64,000 nucleotides of DNA from Acidobacteriota bacterium (GCA_016211085.1 JACQSY010000039.1:3129-67128); one strand, 5' to 3'. Positions 20,712 to 29,346 are shown, counted from the stretch's first letter. Numbers and translations: made by a program. Notes: a model not told the origin generated them from the letters alone.

Positions 20712-21539
20712 ATGTTTCCTAAACTCGTGGACATCGGCCCGCTGACCCTGCACACCTACGGGCTGATGCTCGCGGTTGCTTACCTTGCCGCCATCACGCT
20801 GACGGCGCGTCTTGCCTCCCGCGAGGGCGTTCCCCGCAATCAAATCTGGGACCTCGGGTTCGTAGTGATCATCTCGGCGATTTTCGGATCCAAGCTGCTC
20901 ATGCTGGTCGCCGACTGGGAAGAATACTCGCGGCGTCCTTCGCTTCTGCTCTCGATGGAGTTTTGGCAGGCTGCCGGGGTTTTCTACGGGGGCCTGCTGG
21001 GAGCTGTCTTAGCGAGTGCTCTCTACCTGTGGAAAAAACCAGGCTTGCCGTTCTGGAAAGTAGCCGATGCGGCTGCTCCAGCCATCGCCTTGGGTCAGTC
21101 CATTGGAAGACTCGGCTGTTTTTCGGCAGGATGTTGCTATGGTCGTCCCGCTGATCTTCCCTGGAGCCTGGTCTTTAGCAGTCAATATGCGCATGATTCT
21201 GTCGGGGTTCCGTTGGGCATTCCGCTTCACCCCACCCAGCTCTACGAATCCGTCTTGGCGTTGATGATCTTTGTGCTTCTGCTTTTTCTGTACCCGCGCA
21301 AACAATTTCCAGGTCAGATTTTTATCACCTATTTGATCTGCTATAGCATCATTCGTTTTATCCTGGAGTTTTTCCGTGGAGACCCCGACCGCGGATTTGT
21401 CTTGGGCGGCCTGCTCTCAACCTCGCAGTTGATCAGCCTCATCCTGGTGCCGATCGCTATGGGTGGATATATCTTTGCTCAACGGAAAGGCAGCGGGGCT
21501 GTGCGAACAAGGGGCCAGGGGCCTCACCCCCGGTCGTGA
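20712..21539 (+). CDS. lgt: Prolipoprotein diacylglyceryl transferase
   Basis: Multi-TM protein with ...YGLMLAVAYL..., GRLGCFSAGCCYGRP and HPTQLYES motifs. Confidence 0.88.
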   Translation: MFPKLVDIGPLTLHTYGLMLAVAYLAAITLTARLASREGVPRNQIWDLGFVVIISAIFGSKLLMLVADWEEYSRRPSLLLSMEFWQAAGVFYGGLLGAVLASALYLWKKPGLPFWKVADAAAPAIALGQSIGRLGCFSAGCCYGRPADLPWSLVFSSQYAHDSVGVPLGIPLHPTQLYESVLALMIFVLLLFLYPRKQFPGQIFITYLICYSIIRFILEFFRGDPDRGFVLGGLLSTSQLISLILVPIAMGGYIFAQRKGSGAVRTRGQGPHPRS

Positions 21540-22477
21540 CCCAGCCGCTTGCGTTTGTGGCGGAACCAGAACAGGAGCGAAAGCGGCTTGACCTGTTCCT
21601 GGTTTCGAAACTCCCCGGAATCACGCGCAGCGCCGTTCAGAGATGGATTAACGCAGGCGCCGTTCTAGTGAATGGGGTCCAGGAGAAGGCAAAATACCCT
21701 GTTAAAACCGGAGATCACATTATCGTCACCCCCCCGGAACCCGAGCCGGCACACCTGAAAGCGGAAGAAATCCCTCTCTCCATTCTCTATGAAGACCCTT
21801 TCCTGGTGGTCATTGATAAACCGGCCGGAATCGTCGTACATCCCGGCGCTGGAAACCGCAGGGGAACGTTGGCCAATGCTTTGGCTTACCATTTTGGAAT
21901 CGACACTGAATCTCAGCATCTGAGACCAGGAATTGTGCACCGCCTCGACAAAGAAACCTCGGGCCTCATGGTGGTCGCCAAGGACGAGCGGACGCAGGAG
22001 TTCTTGGCTTCACAATTTCGCCGGAGAAAAGTGGAGAAACAGTACCTTGCGCTGGTTTACGGTCGGCTTCCTCGAGGCAGACGCAAAATCGAGTTTCCCT
22101 TGGCACGTGACCCTCGCGTCCGCACGCGCTTTAAAGTAGTTCCCCGAGGCGGACGGTCCGCCCTGACGGAATACGAACTTGTCTGCACGTACCACTACAA
22201 GGGCGAGACTTTTTCTTACGTGAGAGTATTTCCTCTTTCAGGCCGCACCCATCAAATTCGCGTGCACTTTCAACATGTGGAACACCCCATAGTGGGGGAC
22301 AAAGTTTACGGAAGGGCCTTGCTACTGAGAGCCGCGCAAAAAGGGGTGCCGGAACTTAACAGGCACTTTCTTCATGCAACCTTTCTCTCTTTTCTTCATC
22401 CCGTGAGCAGGCAAAGGATGAGTTTCGAATCCCCTTTGCCGGAGGAGCTTGCAAGTTTTCTCAAGGATCTGGAATAA
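21536..22477 (+). CDS. RluA-family 23S rRNA pseudouridine synthase (RluD-like)
   Basis: N-terminal S4-like region. Catalytic motif HRLDKETSGLMVVAK. GTGA overlap with lgt. Confidence 0.85.
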   Translation: MTQPLAFVAEPEQERKRLDLFLVSKLPGITRSAVQRWINAGAVLVNGVQEKAKYPVKTGDHIIVTPPEPEPAHLKAEEIPLSILYEDPFLVVIDKPAGIVVHPGAGNRRGTLANALAYHFGIDTESQHLRPGIVHRLDKETSGLMVVAKDERTQEFLASQFRRRKVEKQYLALVYGRLPRGRRKIEFPLARDPRVRTRFKVVPRGGRSALTEYELVCTYHYKGETFSYVRVFPLSGRTHQIRVHFQHVEHPIVGDKVYGRALLLRAAQKGVPELNRHFLHATFLSFLHPVSRQRMSFESPLPEELASFLKDLE

Positions 22478-23433
22478 TGCAATTATTCATGAAACCCCCT
22501 TTTATTCCGCCCGTAAGGGCCGCATTGGCTGCGGCGCTGCTCTCTTTAGGCATTCCGGTTTTCGGACAGGAGCCGAGGCGTGACGAACCGATCCGTGTAG
22601 AGGTAGATGCCGTGAACGTGCTGGTGACGGTTCACGACTCCAAGACTGGTAAGTTCATCACGGACCTCGACCTGAACCATTTTTCCATTGAGGAGGATGG
22701 AATCGGGCAACAGATTACAAATTTCAGCCGGCAGACGGAGCTTCCGCTTGCCATCGCGCTTTGCATCGATACCAGCGCCAGTGTGAAACTGAAGCTGGAC
22801 TTTGAAAAACAGGCAGCAAAGGACTTCCTTTATACCGTGATGAGGCCGACGGACAAGGCTTTGCTTCTCGAGTTCGATACCGGCGTCACCTTACTGCAGG
22901 ATTTTACGAACAACCCCAATGAAATCACAAAAGTCATCGACGACATGAGAGCAGGTGGGGGAACTTCCCTTTACGACGCCATCTATATGATTTCGGAGCA
23001 AAAGCTTCTCGAAGAGAAAGGACGTAAGGCCATCGTTGTCATTTCGGATGGTGCCGACGTCACCAGCCGGCGTACTTTTGAGGAAGCGCTCCAAATGGCC
23101 TATCAGGCCGAAGTTTCCATCTACTCCATCAGCACGTCTCGTATGGGAGCTGATGTGGATCATGAAGGCGATTCCGTGTTGAAACAGCTCTCAGAAGGCA
23201 CTGGGGGCACCGTTTTCTTTCCATACTCAGAAGCGCAGCTGACGAAAGCCTTCAAGACCATTAACGAGGAACTGCGCAGCCAATACAACCTGGCCTATGT
23301 GCCCTCTAACCGGCGCAAAGATGGTTCTTTCCGAAAAATTCAGGTGAAGGTAACCCGAGATGATGTCCGGGTCCGTCATAGAAAAGGTTATTTTGCAGCG
23401 CCCCAGCAGGTGAGCAAGAACCTGCCTCACTGA
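22477..23433 (+). CDS. Secreted von Willebrand factor A domain protein
   Basis: Signal peptide and MIDAS DxSxS motif (CIDTSASV). The C-terminal ...GSFRKIQVKV...RKGYFA tail is one I remember from Acidobacterial VWFA-related proteins. Confidence 0.8.
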   Translation: MQLFMKPPFIPPVRAALAAALLSLGIPVFGQEPRRDEPIRVEVDAVNVLVTVHDSKTGKFITDLDLNHFSIEEDGIGQQITNFSRQTELPLAIALCIDTSASVKLKLDFEKQAAKDFLYTVMRPTDKALLLEFDTGVTLLQDFTNNPNEITKVIDDMRAGGGTSLYDAIYMISEQKLLEEKGRKAIVVISDGADVTSRRTFEEALQMAYQAEVSIYSISTSRMGADVDHEGDSVLKQLSEGTGGTVFFPYSEAQLTKAFKTINEELRSQYNLAYVPSNRRKDGSFRKIQVKVTRDDVRVRHRKGYFAAPQQVSKNLPH

Positions 23434-24256
23434 GGGATTCCCACTGCCTGGAGCTATCGAGGTACATTTTGCTTTCGGCATCTTTCTGTCGATTCCTAAA
23501 ACCCTTGGCCAGGACAGCGCATTTTTTCGCGATCTCCCCGGCAGTTTCCTTTTGCAGGCGAGGCGTCAAAAACCCGGAATCGTACGTCTTCGTCAGGGCC
23601 TTCACGCGATAACGATCCAGACCCCACATGCTTCTGGATAATTGGTCCTCATGCCCCCCTGTTTTGGTGATGAGTGGCTCCTGTATGAACAGGACCGGAT
23701 TTCGCGAGCTGAGCCTGAGCCACAGCTCATAGTCTTCACACACCGGGAGGCTCTCGTCAAAATATCCAATTTCCTCCAGCAGGCTCCGGGTCAGCAGGAT
23801 TGAACTGGGACTGATAATGCACCGCGCCAGGCAATAGGAATAAATCCACCCTCCATACTTGCGGTGAATCTTCTTTTGGTTCACCCGCTTGCCGCGGCGA
23901 ATCCAGATCTCGTCGGTGTAGACGGCGCGATATTCAGGGAATGCGGCCAGTTCAGCAAGCTGTCTTTGCAGCTTGCTTTCATGCCAATAATCGTCGCTAT
24001 CGAGAAAAGCAATCCAGTCACCCCGGGCTGCAGCAATGCCCAGGTTGCGGGCCGTACTCACTCCACGACGCTCCTGGCGCAGCCAACGGATGCGTGGCTC
24101 TTGAACAGTCGCAAGGTAGCCTGTGGTGCCGTCGGTTGATCCATCATCCACCACGATCAGCTCCCAATGGGCATAGGTCTGGCCGCAAACGGAATTCACG
24201 GCCCTGATCAGCAACGGAAGGCGATTGAATGTAGGGATAATAACCGTGATCAGCAC
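23306..24256 (-). CDS. Family 2 glycosyltransferase
   Basis: IIPTFNR, VDDGSTD and LDSDD motifs. GTG start. The last ~45 codons overlap the convergent VWA gene and are probably just read-through to the first available stop. Confidence 0.8.
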   Translation of the reverse strand: MLITVIIPTFNRLPLLIRAVNSVCGQTYAHWELIVVDDGSTDGTTGYLATVQEPRIRWLRQERRGVSTARNLGIAAARGDWIAFLDSDDYWHESKLQRQLAELAAFPEYRAVYTDEIWIRRGKRVNQKKIHRKYGGWIYSYCLARCIISPSSILLTRSLLEEIGYFDESLPVCEDYELWLRLSSRNPVLFIQEPLITKTGGHEDQLSRSMWGLDRYRVKALTKTYDSGFLTPRLQKETAGEIAKKCAVLAKGFRNRQKDAESKMYLDSSRQWESLSEAGSCSPAGALQNNLFYDGPGHHLGLPSPEFFGKNHLCAG

Positions 24257-24261
24257 CAGGG

Positions 24262-26739
24262 TCAGGCGGGATCGGCGTGCTTCTCAAAGGCGACAACCGA
24301 TCCTGAACGGCGCTTGCGCTGGGTGCGGGTAAGCTTGTCCCGGTACATGGCTTGATCCGCAGCAGCCATGAGAACGCTCAACTCCTCACCGTCAGCAGGA
24401 AACGTGGCAGCTCCAATGCTGATGCCAATCTGAATTGCGTTGGTATCGTCAATGGTCATGCGGTGAGTGTCGACTGCACTTTGAATTCTGGAGATGGTTT
24501 GCTGCGCCAGCGTTTTGTTGACACCCGGAAGAACGCCGATAAATTCGTCGCCGCCATACCGCACGCAAGTGTCCGATTTTCGCATTTGATTACGCAAGAT
24601 ATGCGCCACCTGAATCAGGACCCGGTCCCCCACCTGATGGCCGTAGGTGTCATTTACCTCTTTAAAGGACTCCAAATCCATCATGAGCAGGCTGACCGGA
24701 TAATTGATCCGCTCAGCGCGCTTAAGTTCCTGGCTGATAAAGGTGTTGAAGTAACGTGAATTGGGCAGACCGGTCAGAAGGTCGGTGTAAGCGTCTTCCT
24801 GGGTTTCTTCGTAAATCAATGCGTTCTTGATCGCGGCTGCCGCGTGATTGGAGATGGTCTCCATGATGCGCAGGTGATCATAGTGGTAGACGTTGGCAGT
24901 GGTCGAATAAAGCGTGATCACTCCCACTACGTTGTTGTCAAGCGCGAGTGGAACGGCCAGGCAGCTCTTGAATTCCGTCTGGAGCAGCTTGATGTGAGTA
25001 AAATCCGGGGTGGGTGAAACATTCATCAACGTTTTATTGTTAGCAGCCACCCATCCGGTGACTCCCTGCCCCATGTCAAGCTCCACGCTGTCCAACAGCT
25101 CTGAATAAACGCCCGAAGTATGGTAGGCAACGATCTTGTCATTTTGAGAGCTCAACAGATACACGGCGCACGAGGTAAAAGGAACAAGATTCTTGATCTT
25201 GGTGGCCAGGAGCGCAAGTGTCTCGGAAACATTCAATGATTTTCCGACCGTCCGGGAGAATTCGTAAATAGCCGGAATTTCCTTGTGCATCGATGCGATG
25301 TCATGGAAGACAGTTTTTTGAATCCTTTTGGGCTCCTCGACATCCATGCTGCGCAGGCTGGCCTCGATGCGCTGCATGATGCTTTGGGAAAGATTCATCG
25401 CGGTCGCTTCCAGCTCCTCTTCCAGTTCATCAATGTGCTGTACCAATTGATCGACAAGCATTGGATCATACGCCTTAGCCGATTCCTTTTTGATGAACTC
25501 CAGAGCCACCTGGCGACTGAGCTTGGGTCGATAAGGACGGTCGGAGCGAAGAGCATCATAACAGTCGGCAATCGCCAATATTCGAGCGCCCAGCGGTATC
25601 TGCTCTCCCTTTAAGCCTTCCGGATAGCCCGTGCCGTCCCATTTCTCGTGATGGTAACGTACAAACGGCACCACCGGATAAGGGAAGGGAACGGAGTCAA
25701 GGATGTCCGCGCCCACGGCCGGGTGGACCTTCATTTTCTCGAATTCCGATTTGGTCAGCTGCGAAGGTTTATTAAGGATATATTCAGGAATCGCCAACTT
25801 GCCGATGTCATGCAAAAGGGCTGCAGCCCGGAGCCCCTGGAGCTGGTTCTCATCCGTAAGGTTGCAGTATCGGGCAAGGCCGAGAGCCAGCTTCTGCACC
25901 CGTTGCACGTGACCGTGCGTGCACTGGTCCTTGGCGTCGATCGCCATCGCCAGCGATGCAATCGTTGAATGGTAAAGCTCATTCATTTGATCCAAATGAC
26001 GCTGTGTCTGTTTTATGTGATGAAGGGTGATGTTATATGCATAGTAAATTACAACGACTACTGGGACAGCGAGTGTAATTGAATAGAATTGGATTTCTTT
26101 GAAGTAAAGAAAGATCACCGCGGCAGCGGAGGCGCCTGCAAAGTTCGTGACGGAAGCCCAAAGAAAATTCTGCTTCCAGAGACGCCTGACGCTTTGATTT
26201 GTAAAAAGGGCAATCGCCAAGGCAACCGCCCCGGAGTTCAACAAAAAATAGACTAATGCGCAAAATGCCAAATTAACGAGAAGGGTACTAATACCTCCGA
26301 CCTGATTTGGGTCCAATGGGGCAGATTTACCTTCTAAATAGTAGAAAAGCTTCCCTACTGTGAAGGTCACTAGAGTAAGTTCAGCCAAATTGAACAGTTG
26401 TTTATACAGCTTCTTAACTTTGACTCGAAAACTGCTAAGGAACCCTTCTATTACGGAGATAGTGGCGGCTACTTCCGCACCGAAAAGCAAGATAGCTGTA
26501 AACACAAATATGTCATTGACCGTTATTGACATTGATTGCGCTTTTTGATTGGCAGAAGGAATTCGCACCGGGAAAAAACTACCAACCGCGGTCAAACATG
26601 CCAAATAAAACCAGCGCAGGTCGTTATTGGAGAGAGATTTGATAAGGCAGTATGCGAATAAAGGAAAGCCTGAAAGAATTACTACGGATACGTAAAACCT
26701 TGCTCGACGGGGTATGTCGTCTCTGAAAAGCCCTTTCAT
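24262..26739 (-). CDS. Membrane-bound c-di-GMP turnover protein: multi-TM sensor + HD-GYP + GAF + GGDEF
   Basis: About 240 aa of TM helices. HD-GYP motifs HDIGKLAIP and HHEKWDGTGYP (about 25622-25654). GAF-like region. GGDEF domain with intact RYGGDEF (about 24542-24556) and an RKSD I-site 5 residues upstream. Confidence 0.85.
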   Translation of the reverse strand: MKGLFRDDIPRRARFYVSVVILSGFPLFAYCLIKSLSNNDLRWFYLACLTAVGSFFPVRIPSANQKAQSMSITVNDIFVFTAILLFGAEVAATISVIEGFLSSFRVKVKKLYKQLFNLAELTLVTFTVGKLFYYLEGKSAPLDPNQVGGISTLLVNLAFCALVYFLLNSGAVALAIALFTNQSVRRLWKQNFLWASVTNFAGASAAAVIFLYFKEIQFYSITLAVPVVVVIYYAYNITLHHIKQTQRHLDQMNELYHSTIASLAMAIDAKDQCTHGHVQRVQKLALGLARYCNLTDENQLQGLRAAALLHDIGKLAIPEYILNKPSQLTKSEFEKMKVHPAVGADILDSVPFPYPVVPFVRYHHEKWDGTGYPEGLKGEQIPLGARILAIADCYDALRSDRPYRPKLSRQVALEFIKKESAKAYDPMLVDQLVQHIDELEEELEATAMNLSQSIMQRIEASLRSMDVEEPKRIQKTVFHDIASMHKEIPAIYEFSRTVGKSLNVSETLALLATKIKNLVPFTSCAVYLLSSQNDKIVAYHTSGVYSELLDSVELDMGQGVTGWVAANNKTLMNVSPTPDFTHIKLLQTEFKSCLAVPLALDNNVVGVITLYSTTANVYHYDHLRIMETISNHAAAAIKNALIYEETQEDAYTDLLTGLPNSRYFNTFISQELKRAERINYPVSLLMMDLESFKEVNDTYGHQVGDRVLIQVAHILRNQMRKSDTCVRYGGDEFIGVLPGVNKTLAQQTISRIQSAVDTHRMTIDDTNAIQIGISIGAATFPADGEELSVLMAAADQAMYRDKLTRTQRKRRSGSVVAFEKHADPA

Positions 26740-26757
26740 ACGATTGCCGTGATTTAG

Positions 26758-26786
26758 AACGCGTGATAGTCACTATATCACGCGTT
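26758..26786. promoter_or_regulatory. Perfect 11-bp inverted repeat (AACGCGTGATA-N7-TATCACGCGTT): operator or stem-loop
   Basis: Read directly from the sequence. It lies 19 nt upstream of the start of the HD-GYP/GGDEF gene and 105 nt downstream of the S8 protease stop. No U-tract on either strand. Confidence 0.5.
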
Positions 26787-26890
26787 AAATCAGCGACGGA
26801 TATAGAATTTATTTAATCAGTCCAATGCACTATTTTGTTCATCGCCGTTCCTCCCGCTAAGACAACCCTGCACGTCCCGTGTAAACGAGT

Positions 26891-28627
26891 TCAGTCTGAC
26901 CAAATAATCCCGTCTGACCAAATGATGCCGTCTGACCAAATAATCCCGTCTGACCAAATGATGCCGTCTGACCAAATAATCCCGTCTGACCAAATAATCC
27001 CGTCTGACCAAATAATCCCGTCTGACCAAATGATGCCCAAGGGTTGAAAAATCGCCGACATCCAGTCGTACAACTGCAAATCTGCAGCTCCCCAAGAGAT
27101 TCCACTCCCCCACCGAATCGGACGCTGCTTATCTGCTATAGGTTTTGGCAAGCCAACCGCATTCCGATGCGCGAAAGCTCCTCCGGCGTATACACTGCTC
27201 TTCTCAAGGGTCCAGACTGTGCTAGCAGTGCGACTGAGCTTCCGATTTTGAACATCGATTGCTCTTGCTAGTTCAGTGGCAGTTTTTGCGTTAACCAGTC
27301 CGTTTCCTTGCTCGAGCATGTGAGGTTCTTTGAGCTTGATCGCGGTGAGAAGAAGAATGAGCTTCACCAGATTGGGGTTAAGGCTGGGATTGCTTTCGAG
27401 CATTAAAGCGACGGTACCGCTAACAAACGCCGCCCCCAGGCTGGAACCGCTCAAAGTTAAATAATGGCCCCCCACTCGAAGCTGGGGACAGTTCTTATCA
27501 ATCCAGCTGCCCTTTGCCAATAGAGAGGTGATACGGTTTCCAGGCGCCGTCAGATCAGGTTTGAATAACCCATCCTTATAAGTCGGTCCCCGGGATCCGT
27601 AAGTAGTGGCAATGTCGTCCAGGTGTGACAACGTGCCGCGCGTGTTGAGAGGCGAAACCGCAACGACCGCCGGATGGTTGGCCGGGCTGCTGATAGCCCC
27701 CCAGATCTTGGGATACGATTCAGTTTTCCCGAGATTTCCCGCTGAGACAACGCACACGATACCGGCGCCAACCAGTTTTTCAACCGCTTTTCCCAACGGA
27801 TCGTTCTTGTATGATTCAATGGGAGGGTGTCCCAGGGAAAAATTGGCGATGCGAATCTTTAAGCTTTGGGCGTTTTGCAGCGTCCACTCAATCGCACGAA
27901 TGAGATTGCTCGTTGAGCCGACGCCTCTTTCGTTCACCACCCGAATATCGACGAACTCCACCCGGGGCGCGACGCCGGCATAGGCGGGATTGGTTTCGCC
28001 CGAAGCGCCAATGATCCCCCCAACGTGGGTCCCGTGTCCGTAAGCGTCCTCTCCGGGTTCCCGAAAGACCGCTTGTCCTGAAGTAAAATCAACTGCCTGG
28101 CGGACGCGTTTTCGTACCGATAGATCTGGATGGTTCCAAATTCCCGAGTCAAACAGCGCCACTACAACTCCAGCCCCGCTCAGCCCGGAGCGTCTCGACT
28201 GCAGGGCGCCGATGGTCCCTAGCGAGACATTGAGGTCATCGGAGAGATTATCCGAGTCGGAATAAACCTGGATGGCAGGGTCCATGGTAACGTAGTCGAC
28301 TACGTCCGAAGCCTTCAGTATCTCGATCTGGCTTGCAGTCAGATGTGCCGTATAGGAATGAATTAGTCCCAGTTCGCCAAAACCTGGAGAACGGCGAGCG
28401 GATTGGCGATTGTGGGCGTAAAATTCCGTCTTGACTTCAATAATTACCGGAATCGGATAGTCGTAGCGAGGATTCAGCCGCAGAAAATCTATTTCTTCTT
28501 GAAGAATGGGAGAGATTTTCTCTTCTTGCTGGATTCTCTCAGAAGCCCGAACGTCCGGCAGCAGACCGGGCAACATGATGAGCGCGAACAGCGTGAGCGT
28601 TCGAGCGCCCCACTTCGAGTATCGCAT
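26891..28627 (-). CDS. Secreted S8 (subtilisin-family) serine peptidase with C-terminal hexapeptide repeat tail
   Basis: Signal peptide and propeptide-like N-terminus. Catalytic triad contexts VALFDSGI (Asp), HGTHVGGII (His), LSGSSLGAAFVSG (Ser). The C-terminus is (GIIWSD)x8 followed by the stop. Confidence 0.9.
   Translation of the reverse strand: MRYSKWGARTLTLFALIMLPGLLPDVRASERIQQEEKISPILQEEIDFLRLNPRYDYPIPVIIEVKTEFYAHNRQSARRSPGFGELGLIHSYTAHLTASQIEILKASDVVDYVTMDPAIQVYSDSDNLSDDLNVSLGTIGALQSRRSGLSGAGVVVALFDSGIWNHPDLSVRKRVRQAVDFTSGQAVFREPGEDAYGHGTHVGGIIGASGETNPAYAGVAPRVEFVDIRVVNERGVGSTSNLIRAIEWTLQNAQSLKIRIANFSLGHPPIESYKNDPLGKAVEKLVGAGIVCVVSAGNLGKTESYPKIWGAISSPANHPAVVAVSPLNTRGTLSHLDDIATTYGSRGPTYKDGLFKPDLTAPGNRITSLLAKGSWIDKNCPQLRVGGHYLTLSGSSLGAAFVSGTVALMLESNPSLNPNLVKLILLLTAIKLKEPHMLEQGNGLVNAKTATELARAIDVQNRKLSRTASTVWTLEKSSVYAGGAFAHRNAVGLPKPIADKQRPIRWGSGISWGAADLQLYDWMSAIFQPLGIIWSDGIIWSDGIIWSDGIIWSDGIIWSDGIIWSDGIIWSDGIIWSD
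26894..27037 (-). repeat. 18-bp tandem repeat x8, in-frame with the 3' end of the S8 protease gene (encodes GIIWSD x8)
   Basis: Eight contiguous 18-nt units in two sequence variants, in the order A B A B A A A B. The variants differ at 2 positions, both third-codon positions in the protease frame. Confidence 0.95.
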
Positions 28628-28848
28628 AAGAGCCTCAATGCATTGGCAAAGCAGCTTTTCTTAATCGCTGCTCCCACCTCAGGGAAAAGGAAAGGAGCAG
28701 ATACTGCCCCCATTTGCCGGTCCTGCGCGGCGCGTGGATTAGGCCCTATGCTACAGCTAATTTGTCAGATGTCAATCATAAAATGGCTTCAAATGGCGCT
28801 TGGTGTATATTGGATTGGCAAAAATGGCATTTATTGGCTTAATTCGCA

Positions 28849-29346
28849 ATGATTTTTTGGCAGGAGTCCCCCAAGAAACAGCAGACAGGGCACGCTGATC
28901 CGAACGGTCGCCGTATGAGGTCCCGCCCGCGAGGTTCCGAAATTTATCGAGAGGCTCTCAAGCAGGCAAGAGAGGAGCGAAGGGAACTGCTCAGGAAAGT
29001 ACAGGCGCTGGATCAGCTGATTGGGTCGGTCGAGCGTTACCTCGGGGAGGTCCCTGCTGCCCAGAACGCAACACCCGTGCCTTTCCAGGCATCATCCTCC
29101 GCCCAGCCGCTTTACGAGGGTATGTCGGCTAACGCCGCTGCCGTCCTTGTACTGGAGCGGGAAAACAAATGGCTGCATATGGACACCATTATTGAGCGTC
29201 TTCTGAAAGGTGGACTGGCAACCGATCGCGACCGGCTCCGGCGCTCCCTTTATACCACCCTGGTTCGAAACCCCCGTGTTATACGGCATCCTTACCGGCC
29301 TGCCACATTTGGTTTGACTGGCTGGGAAGCAAAGTCGGAGCTTTAG
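28849..29346 (+). CDS. Small protein: N-terminal coiled-coil + C-terminal winged-helix (HARE-HTH-like) domain
   Basis: 165-aa ORF 87 nt upstream of the giant regulator, same strand. The C-terminal pattern AAAVLVLERENKWLHMDTIIERLLKGGL...SLYTTLVRNPRVIR...ATFGLTGWE resembles HARE-HTH/RpoE-delta-like wHTH domains. Start is uncertain (28849 or the ATG at 28915), and neither has a Shine-Dalgarno. Confidence 0.5.
   Translation: MIFWQESPKKQQTGHADPNGRRMRSRPRGSEIYREALKQAREERRELLRKVQALDQLIGSVERYLGEVPAAQNATPVPFQASSSAQPLYEGMSANAAAVLVLERENKWLHMDTIIERLLKGGLATDRDRLRRSLYTTLVRNPRVIRHPYRPATFGLTGWEAKSEL

Noticed and set aside
26894-27037. The regular 18-bp repeat array, considered as a CRISPR-like or intergenic satellite element
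   Set aside because: The units are contiguous with no spacers and far shorter than CRISPR repeats. They lie in-frame inside the S8 protease ORF, and their variation is strictly synonymous. It is a coding tandem repeat.
28824-28848. TGGCAT-ttat-TGGCT and TGGCTT-aattc-GCA read as possible sigma54 promoters for the small wHTH gene
   Set aside because: The GG-to-GC spacing is off by one or two nucleotides in every register, and no TTGC is present. I report it instead as a phased TGGC array of unknown function.
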